Of a stretch of DNA of 64,000 bases, positions 21,800-31,653 are shown piece by piece. A program made the position numbers and the translations under genes. The notes under the pieces were generated by a model. The model had not been told where the DNA came from, did no database searches, and saw nothing but the letters and a program-made list of their open reading frames with translations. Source of the stretch: an uncultured bacterium (GTDB taxonomy: Bacteria; Oederibacteriota; PGYV01; CAWJRG01); NCBI GenBank assembly GCA_963845185.1, contig CAWJRG010000009.1, positions 768,001-832,000 of the forward strand, given 5' to 3'. Position 1 is the stretch's first letter. Each line of letters starts with the position of its first letter.

Positions 21800-21963
21800 C
21801 GCAGTTATTGCTTAAAATAAAGAGATTTTTATTTGAATTAAATTCTTATATGTGCCGCAAGGAACATTAAAAAAACAGCAGTGCCGAAAAGCACATCAAA
21901 AAATCTATATCCAATATAATCCGGAAAGTTTAGTCGTAACTATAAATAATACTGTTTAATATA

Positions 21964-23712
21964 TCATTTTATACGTTTGTGTTTTGTAATGATTTTTTTG
22001 GCATAAGATAAGACCGTTTCGGGCTTTATTTCATAAAGGCATTTATAATGCCCAAATTTGCATACTTTTTCAAAACACGGAGAACAATCAATACCACTTC
22101 CAAAAATATAAGCATTTTTAGACAAAGGACCAGTCCATTTTGCGGATGTTGAACCAAATATTGCAATTAACGGAATATGAAAAGCATCTGCTATATGCAT
22201 AAGTCCTGAATCATTGCCTATAAATAAATCCATATTTTTAATGAGCCCGCAAACCTGGCCCAGCGTGGTCTTTCCCCGCAAGTCAAAAATGCCATTGTCC
22301 TGCGGAATTTTCAACGTGAATTTTTTATCTTTTTCAGAGCCAACAATGTAAATCCTTATTTTATTATTTAATTTCACAAGGTTTTTGATCAATTCCACAT
22401 AATTTTCAAGCGGCCACATTTTTGCCGGGCCGTATGCTGCAAAAGGTGCTATTATAATATTATATGAGGAGTTCATAACGCAGAACTTTTTGCTGGTTTC
22501 TTTTTCATTTAAGGAATTAATTTGAATTAGTTGTTTTAATATTTTAAAGTCAAACCTATTGCTTATTTCATAAAAAATTCTTTTATATTCTTCTGCAATA
22601 TGTAACTTATCATGTTTCTTATCGCGACAATATCTCCGGTTTAAAAATAGTCCATCTTCGCAAAAACCTGCTAGGATACTGACGCCTCCAAACCACAAAA
22701 TAAAACCCGAAGATAAGGAAGGAGTAAGGCTAATTCCTGTTTTAATTTTTTCTTTTCGTATTCTTAAAATAATTTTAAAAGAATCAATAAATGATTTCTT
22801 ATTGAAAATAATCAACTCGTCCACAAAATGGTTGTTATTATATAATTCAGCTACCGATTCATCGGCAAGTACGTAAATCTTTTTATATAATTTTTTTGCC
22901 TCTTCCAAAAATGCTGTAGCTATGACTGCATCTCCAAGCCAATTTGGCATGCGTACTATTAATTTGTCCACCAGTGCAGGTGATTTTCTTTTTTCAAACA
23001 TTTTTGCAAACTTTGCATATTCTGAAAAACTGCTGTATATAGAAAGAATAAAACCCTGCAGCCCGTCGAGAAAACCAAGTTTAAAAAAATACATTCTTAA
23101 AAATTTAAATAGAGGGGAAAAAATAATTCTAGCCAACAAAAATTTTTTTTGTTTTTCTTCAGCTTGCAAAGATGTGTACCTGTTCATTTTTTTAAAATAC
23201 GTGAAGCTGTCAAGGTAGGAATTATGTGTAATAGGCTTGTTTATTTTACCTGTTATACCGTTGACTTTTATGCTTTCGTGCACGGGTTTCTCGTCAAAAG
23301 CACCTTTATTTTTTTTAAAAAGCCTTAACTGATAATCATTTCCCCAGCCGCAGTGTTTTATTTTTCTTCCCAAAAAAATAGTTTCCCGCTTTATGTAATA
23401 TCCGTCGAAAGTATTCTTCCCTTTTATTGTCATGAGTATCTTGTCTTTAAGTTCCGGGGATACTTCCTCGTCTGCATCGATGCTCAGCAACCAGTCATAT
23501 TTTGTTTTTGACATTGCATAGTTTTTTATTTGGGAAAAATCCCTGAATTTCATGAAAAATATTTTTTTTGTATATTTTTTTGCTATCCCTACCGTGTTAT
23601 CCGTACTGTTTGAATCAATCATAACTATTTCATCTGCAAATGAAAGGCTTTTAAGGCATTTATTTATATTTTTTTCTTCGTTATAAGTTACTACAGTTGC
23701 CGAGATTTTCAT
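21964..23712 (-). CDS. GT2 glycosyltransferase fused to a heptosyltransferase II-like GT9 domain
   Basis: N half: TYNEE, DS.STD.T, IDADE, GFLDG. C half: RMPNWLGDA, YGPAK.WP, GNDSGLMH, CSPC...C...H..C. Confidence 0.85.
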   Translation of the reverse strand: MKISATVVTYNEEKNINKCLKSLSFADEIVMIDSNSTDNTVGIAKKYTKKIFFMKFRDFSQIKNYAMSKTKYDWLLSIDADEEVSPELKDKILMTIKGKNTFDGYYIKRETIFLGRKIKHCGWGNDYQLRLFKKNKGAFDEKPVHESIKVNGITGKINKPITHNSYLDSFTYFKKMNRYTSLQAEEKQKKFLLARIIFSPLFKFLRMYFFKLGFLDGLQGFILSIYSSFSEYAKFAKMFEKRKSPALVDKLIVRMPNWLGDAVIATAFLEEAKKLYKKIYVLADESVAELYNNNHFVDELIIFNKKSFIDSFKIILRIRKEKIKTGISLTPSLSSGFILWFGGVSILAGFCEDGLFLNRRYCRDKKHDKLHIAEEYKRIFYEISNRFDFKILKQLIQINSLNEKETSKKFCVMNSSYNIIIAPFAAYGPAKMWPLENYVELIKNLVKLNNKIRIYIVGSEKDKKFTLKIPQDNGIFDLRGKTTLGQVCGLIKNMDLFIGNDSGLMHIADAFHIPLIAIFGSTSAKWTGPLSKNAYIFGSGIDCSPCFEKVCKFGHYKCLYEIKPETVLSYAKKIITKHKRIK

Positions 23713-23716
23713 GAAT

Positions 23717-24729
23717 CTATTTGCATAAAATTTTATTTACTGTATCAAGAACAGCGCTTACCGTTACTGAATCCGCTTTTTTATCGATTGCCAGGAGCAC
23801 TTCGTTGTTATGACCCGAAGGTTTGTTGATTTCCGGGTCGGTTTCGCCCCATATAACTATGGTATTTGTGAATGGCGAAAATATGTGCATGAAGTCTGTT
23901 TCATTGCATATAAAGCAGGTAAAAAACTGGGACAGCGCAGCCAAACGCATATAATCATTGTTTTCTGCCGCGATGCACTGTTTTTTTGTTATGTGCATGA
24001 ACTCATTCAAAGCGTCCGCTTCGTATTTATGTGAAACGACTATTATTTTAGCCTGGTATTTTTCAATCAGGTTTTTAGCCAGCATGGAAAATTTATTCAA
24101 AGACCATCTCTTTTTCTGGTCTTTTAAAGTCGGATGCAGGCCAATTATTGTGTCTTTTTCCGTAATGTTATTTTTCTTTAAAAATTCTTTCGCATAGACT
24201 TTGTCGCTGTCCGACAGGGTTATTTTCGGGGTAAAATCATATGAATTTGCTCCTATAAACCGAACCAGGTTGAGATATTTTAATATTTTATGCTGATGCG
24301 GGCTTATGCTGTGAAGCGACAAATTATAAAGTTTATTGTAAAAATCCCGCTTTTCCTGGAAATAACCGACTTTTGCGAGCGACCTGTTTAAAACTGCAGC
24401 CAATACAGGCACGCGGGATGTATCGTTAAAATTTAATATTACATTGTATCGGCTCGTCATAAGTTTAAAGATAGTTTTAATATAAACTAACGGATTGATT
24501 GTTTTGATCTCGAGTATTTTATCGATGTACTTGCATGCCATAGCGAACTTTTTAATCCTTGGGGTTGTAAGTACGGTTATCTCCGACTCTTTAGGCATGG
24601 CTTCTTTCAAAGCCGCGATAGCCGGGGTTGAAAGTATAAATTCCTCTACATGAAAAGGCGTTATTATTAAAACAGAAGAAACCTCTTTCGGGTTTATCTG
24701 CTTAGCGGAAACTATTTTTTTATTTTCAC
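23717..24729 (-). CDS. Divergent GT9-family protein; start uncertain
   Basis: The frame stays open upstream of the tracked TTG (VLIITPFHVEEFILSTPAIAALK); GT9-like KRW...F and C-terminal fold; the GTG at 24729 is one base out of frame. Confidence 0.65.
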
Positions 24730-24772
24730 GTTTCTTTAATTGATTTTCAATTTGCGTTCACCTATTATTTGA

Positions 24773-25735
24773 TTATTTTTTCAAAATTCTCCGTGCTCTT
24801 ACGGCAACATCCCGCGCGTTTATACTCTTCATGCATACAAATTCACCAGTTGGACAGGTATTGCCTCCATGCAGATGGCATGGCCTGCAACTCAGGTCTT
24901 TTTCAAATACGTCATAACCATTTTCTGTAATAAAGCCAAAGCTTTGCACAGTCGGCCCAAGAAAAACTATGGCAGGTACGTTAAAATGCCGTGCCAAATG
25001 CGCGGCTGCCGTGTCATTGCCGATAAATAATCCGGTTTTTTTTATCAAATTTATAAGCTCTAAAAAATCCGTTTTTCCAACCAAATTCTTTATATTTTGG
25101 CCTTTAATATATAATATTTTATCGGAATTTTCAACCTCATCTTTTAAACCAGTTATTGTTATTTTAAATCTTCCCTGTTTTTTAAGTTCATTGACCAGCT
25201 CAAAAAAATACGGCCATCTTTTAAGTTTCCATTTTGCTCCTATATGCATCAATATTGATTTTTCCCGCCTCGTCCTAAGTATTTTTGCAGTCTGTGGCTT
25301 TAAATTTAATGTGTGTTTTATCGCACTTAAATATTTTGCCGAAACTGTTTGCCTTTCGTCCAAAAACCACTTAAAAAGAACGGTCAGGCGTCTTTTAATG
25401 ATGTCTTTCTTATAAATAGTCCGTTTTTTTGTTTTTATCAAGGCTGCCAAAAGCCTGGATTTAACATTATTTTGTAAATCAAAAACATAATCAAAATTTT
25501 CAGCGCTTAAAAGCTTTGCTTTTTCTAGTATTATTGCCAAGTCTTTAAAAAACCTTCCACGAAATTTTGTCAGAAATATGCGGTCTATCGGCATTAACCC
25601 CTGCAAATCCGAATATTCTTCTTTTGAAAGAAAGCATATTTTGGCATCCCTGTATGAGGCTTTTATTGCTTTTACAGCTTCTGCCGCCAGTATTATGTCA
25701 CCTGCAGAAGAAAACCTGATTAACAATATTTTCAT
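24773..25735 (-). CDS. GT9 LPS heptosyltransferase family protein
   Basis: LLIRFSSAGD, DLQ, KRWP, GNDT...H, CRPC..HG...CP...C. Confidence 0.88.
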   Translation of the reverse strand: MKILLIRFSSAGDIILAAEAVKAIKASYRDAKICFLSKEEYSDLQGLMPIDRIFLTKFRGRFFKDLAIILEKAKLLSAENFDYVFDLQNNVKSRLLAALIKTKKRTIYKKDIIKRRLTVLFKWFLDERQTVSAKYLSAIKHTLNLKPQTAKILRTRREKSILMHIGAKWKLKRWPYFFELVNELKKQGRFKITITGLKDEVENSDKILYIKGQNIKNLVGKTDFLELINLIKKTGLFIGNDTAAAHLARHFNVPAIVFLGPTVQSFGFITENGYDVFEKDLSCRPCHLHGGNTCPTGEFVCMKSINARDVAVRARRILKK

Positions 25736-26826
25736 TTTTTTATCATATCTTCCAGTTCTTTTACGTTTTTAATCAACATGCCGATTTTTAATGCATAGAA
25801 ATTGTTTTCCTGTATGAATTTCTTATTTATCCTAATTTCATCTTTTTCTGTTGTCACAATGAGGGAAGCGTTGGTTTTTCCGTAAAGCCGCTCTATTGCC
25901 TCGATTTCCTTTCTTTTATACCTGTGGTGGTCGCCAAACCGAAGGCTTACGCTTATGTGAGCATCCATGCTTTTTAAAAGTTTTTCAAAACCATGGGGGT
26001 TTCCCAGGCCGGAAAAAGCAATTACTTTTCTGTTTTTAACAGAACTTACGTTGAACTTTTCACCGGTCGATACATTATAAAAATACTTTGGCATGTACTC
26101 ACTTTCAAATATTTTCATATTTTTGCCGTAGCCGAGCAGTATTTCCTTTATTTTTTCTATTCTAGCCGGGTCATTGCTGAGGTTTGCGTTTGTAATGACT
26201 ATCGCATCCGCATTTTTCAGTGAGGAAACCGGTTCCCTTAAAAATCCCGCAGGAAAGAGCCGGCCGAACCCAAAAGGGTTCATTGCGTTGATAAGTACTA
26301 TCTGGAATGAATTTTTAAGTATTTGCCTTTTCTGAAACGCGTCATCAATAAAAACAATGTCGGGTTTCATGTTTTCAATTCCGTATTCAAGCGCTTTGAT
26401 TTTATTGTTGCCGACGATTACCTTTGCTTTTTCGAGGTTCCTTGCAAGCAAATACGGCTCGTCCCCGGCATTGATTGCCTTTATCAGCATACGCCTGCCG
26501 TCGCTTACTATGTCAATATTTTTTATTTTATGCCTCTTATATCCTTTTGCCACTACGAGCACGTCCTTACCGTCTTTTATGTAGCGTTTTCCCATTTCCT
26601 CCACAAACGGGGTTTTACCGGTTCCTCCCATGGTTATATTCCCTACCGAAATAATATTTACCCTGAATTTCTTGGATTTAAAAATATTGAGCCTGTAAAA
26701 AAGGTTTCTGATAAAAAGGCCGAATCCGTAAAAAAAAGATATTAAATACAAAAAAAGCATTATTAAATTTTCTTTAAAATTTCTTTTTTTCTTTGATATC
26801 AGAGCCATCCATGAATTCTCAATCAT
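25732..26826 (-). CDS. lpxK: Tetraacyldisaccharide 4'-kinase
   Basis: SVGNITMGGTGKTP, GDEP, DDAFQ, P.G.LREP, TTEKD. Confidence 0.95.
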   Translation of the reverse strand: MIENSWMALISKKKRNFKENLIMLFLYLISFFYGFGLFIRNLFYRLNIFKSKKFRVNIISVGNITMGGTGKTPFVEEMGKRYIKDGKDVLVVAKGYKRHKIKNIDIVSDGRRMLIKAINAGDEPYLLARNLEKAKVIVGNNKIKALEYGIENMKPDIVFIDDAFQKRQILKNSFQIVLINAMNPFGFGRLFPAGFLREPVSSLKNADAIVITNANLSNDPARIEKIKEILLGYGKNMKIFESEYMPKYFYNVSTGEKFNVSSVKNRKVIAFSGLGNPHGFEKLLKSMDAHISVSLRFGDHHRYKRKEIEAIERLYGKTNASLIVTTEKDEIRINKKFIQENNFYALKIGMLIKNVKELEDMIKK

Positions 26827-28183
26827 GCGGCACGTCCTCCTTGTCGCAAATAAGCGTTACGTTTTCGGCGTTAAATTTTTTCTTATTCTCGTTTATTATT
26901 TTATAGGTTGAAATAATCCTGTCAACAATCTTTGCGGTCTTTAAAGCCGAGCCTTTAAACCTCTCTACAACCGCCTTGTTTTTATCGCCCATACTTTGCC
27001 TCAACATTTCGTTTTTTAGCAGGATTGACAGCTTTGAAGATATGTCCTCAGGCGTGCTCTCCACCCTGTAAGCCCCGCCGTCGCTTGTTAACCTGTCTGC
27101 CGTATCCTCGAAATTATACATGTATTTGCCCATTATAATCGGCAATCCGTCTGCTGCCGCCTCAATCGGGTTATGCCCACCGTATTTCTTAAATCCGCCG
27201 CCGATTATAGCTATATCGGAAATATCATACAAATAAGGCAGGTCTCCTATTGTGTTTATCAATACTGCTTCATAATTGGTAATGATATTGTAATCCTCAA
27301 CTTCATCCCACAATATATAATTAACCCCGCCTTTTTTTAAAAGGTTTATTATGAATTTTACCCTTTCCATATGCCTTGGAGCAATTATAAGTACATTTTC
27401 ACTGCTTTTTACAGATTTAAAGGCGTCTATTATCAATTTTTCCTCGCCTTTTCTTATGCTGCCCGCTACAATAAATTTTTTCCCTTTTTTGTCCATGTTT
27501 ATCTTTTTCGTGCCAATGCCGGTTATTCCCGCCGAATATTTAGTATTGCTTAATATTGTTATTTTCTCTTCCTTTATGCCAAGGCTCTCCAGGCGTATTT
27601 TCATCTTTTCGCTCTGCATTACAAAAAATACCATCTTGTCCAGGATGTATTTAAAAAACAGTCCGAAAGCATGATACAGTTTAAAACTTTTATTCGACAG
27701 CCTTCCATTGACCATGATGACAGGTATGTTTAATTTTTTGGCATAATATAACAAATTCGGCCAGATTTCCGTCTCCACCACAACTATGCCGAACGGGTTT
27801 GTTTTTTTCAAAAAATTCCAGGTTATCAGGTTTATATCCAGGGGAAAAAGCGCTGTATAGTTAATTTCCAGACCTGTTTCGCTTGTTATCTTCATTTGGC
27901 CATTCAGGCTAGTCGTGGTTGCCATTATATCGTATTCCGGATTTATCTTTTTAATTTCTTTTATTACCGGAATTACAGCCTGGACTTCGCCTACAGACGC
28001 GGCATGAAACCACAGGACCTTTTTGCCGCGTAATTTTTCAATATCCTGATTTTTTATAATCCCCAGCCTCTGGCTTGCTCCGGTTCTCCATTTTTTATTG
28101 AAAACAAAAAATAAAATTATGAATGGCAGAAGTATCATCAAAATAATGTAAATAAGGATGTTGTAAATTAAAATAATAATCAT
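26819..28183 (-). CDS. waaA: Kdo transferase
   Basis: WFHAASVGE, ETEIWPN, NGRLS, APRH.ER, GGHNPIE. Confidence 0.95.
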   Translation of the reverse strand: MIIILIYNILIYIILMILLPFIILFFVFNKKWRTGASQRLGIIKNQDIEKLRGKKVLWFHAASVGEVQAVIPVIKEIKKINPEYDIMATTTSLNGQMKITSETGLEINYTALFPLDINLITWNFLKKTNPFGIVVVETEIWPNLLYYAKKLNIPVIMVNGRLSNKSFKLYHAFGLFFKYILDKMVFFVMQSEKMKIRLESLGIKEEKITILSNTKYSAGITGIGTKKINMDKKGKKFIVAGSIRKGEEKLIIDAFKSVKSSENVLIIAPRHMERVKFIINLLKKGGVNYILWDEVEDYNIITNYEAVLINTIGDLPYLYDISDIAIIGGGFKKYGGHNPIEAAADGLPIIMGKYMYNFEDTADRLTSDGGAYRVESTPEDISSKLSILLKNEMLRQSMGDKNKAVVERFKGSALKTAKIVDRIISTYKIINENKKKFNAENVTLICDKEDVPHD

Positions 28184-29316
28184 TGCCCCAGCTCTTTCAC
28201 TATTGCATTGGCGGTTTTTTTAACCGTACCTTTTTTATAAATCAATGCTTTTAATTTTGCAAAATTCTTCTTCATATTCTTTCTGTATTTCTCCTCTCTT
28301 AATATCTTGACGGCTTCCATGCTTATATTTTCCGGTGTTACATTATTTTGAATGAATTCTTTAACCACCTGTTTGCCCAGTATGATGTTGACCAGCCCTA
28401 TGAAATTAACTGTACTGGCCAGTCTTCTGACTATAATAAAGGAAACCGGGTTTAGCCTGTAAACAAGAAGCTCCGGGATCCCAAGCAGGGCAAGCTCAAG
28501 CGTTATCGTGCCTGATTTGGCAATTGCACAGTCAAGGCTTTTCCGCAGATAAACATCACTCCCGTCAACTATCTTCATATCAGGGCAATCGTTGCGTGAA
28601 ATGATTTCGCGCATGAGCGTCTCGTCAATTGTGCCCGCCTTGAAGATAATAAACTTCACTCCCTTTGCTGTTTCCGATATCCTTTTACAGGCTTTGCATA
28701 TCACTGGTAATAACGATTTTATTTCCCTTGTCCTGCTTCCCGGAAATATGCCTACAATTTTGCCTTCATGCTTTTTCAAGGCTTTTTTTGTCGTTCCCAG
28801 GATGCTTTCCGCAGCCGGATGCCCGAAATACCTCACATTTATGCCTTCTTTTTCAAATATCGTTTTTTCAAACGGCAGAATTACCACGGCAAGGTCCACA
28901 TATTTTTTTATCTGGTAAATTCGTTCATAATGCCATGCCCATACCTGGGGTGTTATGTAATAAATAATTTTTTTTACGCCGGCTTTTTTTGCCGCTTTGA
29001 TTAGTTTTAAATGGAACCCCGGGTAATCCAGCACTATCAGTGCATCTATTTTTTCGTCGCTGATTATATGAACTGCCCTTGAATAAATCCTTAAGATATC
29101 GAAAAGTCTGAAAACAACCTCGATTATGCCCACCAGCGCAAATTTTACAAGGTCTATCCTGACGTCTACCCCGGCTTGTTTCATTTTTTCCCCGCCAAAG
29201 CCGAGTATTTTAACTTTGCCTTTCGTGGATTTATGAATTTCCTTCGCCAGGTTTGCCGCAAAAAAATCCGCGGATTCCTCCCCTGCTGATATTAAGATTT
29301 TTTTCAAAACATGCAC
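28180..29316 (-). CDS. lpxB: Lipid-A-disaccharide synthase
   Basis: AGE.S.D, DYPGF, PQVWAW, ILPFE, GHP, PGSR..E, SGT.TLE. Confidence 0.95.
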   Translation of the reverse strand: MHVLKKILISAGEESADFFAANLAKEIHKSTKGKVKILGFGGEKMKQAGVDVRIDLVKFALVGIIEVVFRLFDILRIYSRAVHIISDEKIDALIVLDYPGFHLKLIKAAKKAGVKKIIYYITPQVWAWHYERIYQIKKYVDLAVVILPFEKTIFEKEGINVRYFGHPAAESILGTTKKALKKHEGKIVGIFPGSRTREIKSLLPVICKACKRISETAKGVKFIIFKAGTIDETLMREIISRNDCPDMKIVDGSDVYLRKSLDCAIAKSGTITLELALLGIPELLVYRLNPVSFIIVRRLASTVNFIGLVNIILGKQVVKEFIQNNVTPENISMEAVKILREEKYRKNMKKNFAKLKALIYKKGTVKKTANAIVKELGQ

Positions 29317-29317
29317 C

Positions 29318-30283
29318 TTAAGCCTTGAATTTATTCTTGATCTGTTCTTCTATTTCCAGAACTATTTTCAGCGCCATGTATGCCTGAAAAGGCGTGACTG
29401 CGACCTCTATCTCCCTGTTTATTGCGCTAATAAAGGACTTGAGTTCGCTGGCCAAAGGCTCCTCTTTTGCCATTGGGAACGACTCGATTTCCATTATGTC
29501 GTTCCAGGAAACCGTCCTGTCTGCCGGAAGCCCTTCCTTGATTTTGTAAATTTTTATGCTTTGCCTGACATAATCTATAGATATGTACGCGTTGTTCTCA
29601 AACACCCTGATTTTCCTGAGTTTTTTCGGGCTGACCCTGCTTGCAGTCACGTTTGCCACTGCCCCGTTTTTAAACTCAATCCTTGCGTTTGCCATGTCTA
29701 TATTTTTTGTCAGTATGGGCACCCCTATGGCGTCTATCTTTTTCACGTCAGACTCCACGAGCTGCAGGATTATGTCAATGTCGTGTATCATGAGGTCCAG
29801 TATTACGCTCGTGTCAAGGCTTCTTGCGGTAAAAGGTCCGAGCCTGTTTGCCTCTATGAGCCTTGGGACCTTTTTCATCTGCTGGAGCTTTTTTATTGCC
29901 ACGTTGAACCTTTCTATATGGCCTATCTGGAAAATCAGCTTGTTCTGCTTTTTTTTGAATATTTCCATCAGCTTGTCCGCTTCTTTTATGGTCGCAGTCA
30001 TGGGTTTTTCCAGCAGTACGTGCTTTTCGTATTCGAGCATGTATTTTGCCACGTCATGATGCATTGTAGTGGGCACTGCTATGCTTACAGCGTCAACCTT
30101 GTCGACTATTGTTTTATAATCGGTATAAAGCGGCACTTTGTATTTGTCCGCTATCTCGACTGCCTTAGGCGATACGTCGCATATGCATGTCAGCTCCACG
30201 TTGTCCATGCCCGCGTATATCCTGGCGTGATGCTGTCCCAGGCTGCCTACTCCTATTACGCCCACTCTTAATTTTTTGCCCAT
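29318..30283 (-). CDS. Gfo/Idh/MocA oxidoreductase (GnnA-like candidate)
   Basis: GVG.LG..HAR, EKP, GHIERFN, DLMIHDID, ASR.S; directly upstream of lpxB. Confidence 0.85.
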   Translation of the reverse strand: MGKKLRVGVIGVGSLGQHHARIYAGMDNVELTCICDVSPKAVEIADKYKVPLYTDYKTIVDKVDAVSIAVPTTMHHDVAKYMLEYEKHVLLEKPMTATIKEADKLMEIFKKKQNKLIFQIGHIERFNVAIKKLQQMKKVPRLIEANRLGPFTARSLDTSVILDLMIHDIDIILQLVESDVKKIDAIGVPILTKNIDMANARIEFKNGAVANVTASRVSPKKLRKIRVFENNAYISIDYVRQSIKIYKIKEGLPADRTVSWNDIMEIESFPMAKEEPLASELKSFISAINREIEVAVTPFQAYMALKIVLEIEEQIKNKFKA

Positions 30284-30284
30284 T

Positions 30285-31523
30285 TTACACCTCTTCCAGT
30301 AATTTCAGGTATTTGTCAAAAGTTTTTTGCATGCATTTTATTTTTAACTGCGTGCCCTGTTCAGTCTGCTTTTTATCGAGCACGACAGCTTCAGTATAAA
30401 ACATATTTATGATTTTTTCTTTATTATACGGTATAACCACGTCTTTTTCCATAAATTCTTTCTCAACCAGTCCCTCGATTTTCGCTATAAGCGTATCCAG
30501 GCCGTCCCCGGTCTTTGCGGAAATATGTATGACGTTTTTATTCATTAACAGGGCTTGTTTTGCCTCTTCGCTTAAGAGGTCCACTTTATTGTACACGTCT
30601 ATGATGGTCTTATCTTCATAAGCGCCTATGCTTTTCAGGATGTCATATACGGTTTCTTTTTGCTCTTCGTAATCTTCCCTGCTTATGTCTATAAGATGGA
30701 GTATTATGTCCGCCTCCACCACTTCTTCCATGGTTGCCCTGAACGCTGCTATTAAATAAGGAGGCAGGTTTTTTATGAATCCCACAGTGTCGCTGAAAAG
30801 CACTTTGTATTTGTTCGGCAGGATATACTGTTTAATTTTCGGGTCGAGCGTTGCAAAAAGCTTGTCCTCGCTCAACATGCCCGCATTTGTGAGCCGGTTT
30901 AAAAGCATGGTCTTGCCTGCGTTTGTGTATCCAACAATCGAGACAAGCGGCACAGGAATCTCTTTTCTTCTTTCCCTTTGCTGCGCCCTGATTTCCTTTA
31001 TTTTTTCAAGCTCTTTTTTTATTATTTGTAACCGTTTCTTAATCTTTCTCCTGTCAACTTCAAGTTTTGTTTCTCCGGGCCCTCTTGTCCCTATGCCTCC
31101 TCCAAGCCTCGATAATTCCACGCCGTGGCCTGTCAGCCTGGGCAGCAGATAATTCAGCTGTGCATACTCCACCTGAAGAATGGCCTCTTTTGTATGTGCC
31201 CTCTGCGCAAAAATATCGAGTATAAGCTGCGTCCTGTCAATTATCCTTTTTTCAATTATCTTTTCTATGTTTCTTATCTGCACAGGCTTTAAGTTTGCGT
31301 CAAAAATCGCAAGGTCTATAAAATCCTTGTATTTTTCGGCAATTTCGTGTACTTTTCCCTTGCCGATAAAAAAGACCGGGTCAACGGCCTTTCTTGCCTG
31401 GGTTACGACGCCATAAACTTCAGCGCCTGCCGTGTCTATAAGGCCGTGCATTTCCTCAATATCTGTTTCCAATTGAGCTTTCTGGCTTTGTGAAAATGTC
31501 TTGATTAACAGTGCTTTTTCCAT
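30285..31523 (-). CDS. hflX: Ribosome-splitting GTPase HflX
   Basis: DRT.LILDIFA.RA, GIGTRGPGETKLE.DRR, GYTNAGK, DTVGF, NKVD. Confidence 0.96.
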   Translation of the reverse strand: MEKALLIKTFSQSQKAQLETDIEEMHGLIDTAGAEVYGVVTQARKAVDPVFFIGKGKVHEIAEKYKDFIDLAIFDANLKPVQIRNIEKIIEKRIIDRTQLILDIFAQRAHTKEAILQVEYAQLNYLLPRLTGHGVELSRLGGGIGTRGPGETKLEVDRRKIKKRLQIIKKELEKIKEIRAQQRERRKEIPVPLVSIVGYTNAGKTMLLNRLTNAGMLSEDKLFATLDPKIKQYILPNKYKVLFSDTVGFIKNLPPYLIAAFRATMEEVVEADIILHLIDISREDYEEQKETVYDILKSIGAYEDKTIIDVYNKVDLLSEEAKQALLMNKNVIHISAKTGDGLDTLIAKIEGLVEKEFMEKDVVIPYNKEKIINMFYTEAVVLDKKQTEQGTQLKIKCMQKTFDKYLKLLEEV

Positions 31524-31533
31524 ATTGCGGGTA

Positions 31534-31561
31534 ATTATACTCCTGGCACAGTAAAAGTCAA
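31534..31561 (-). promoter_or_regulatory. Sigma70 promoter TTGACT-16-TATAAT for hflX
   Basis: The -10 box ends 10 nt before the hflX ATG. Confidence 0.6.
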
Positions 31562-31653
31562 TGTTATTGGCTATACTGCTGGGTTATAGAGGGGGCAGAT
31601 ACTAAAGTGCTGTCATTCATCAACTTAATTGGTGGGAATTTTTGCAGAGAAGA

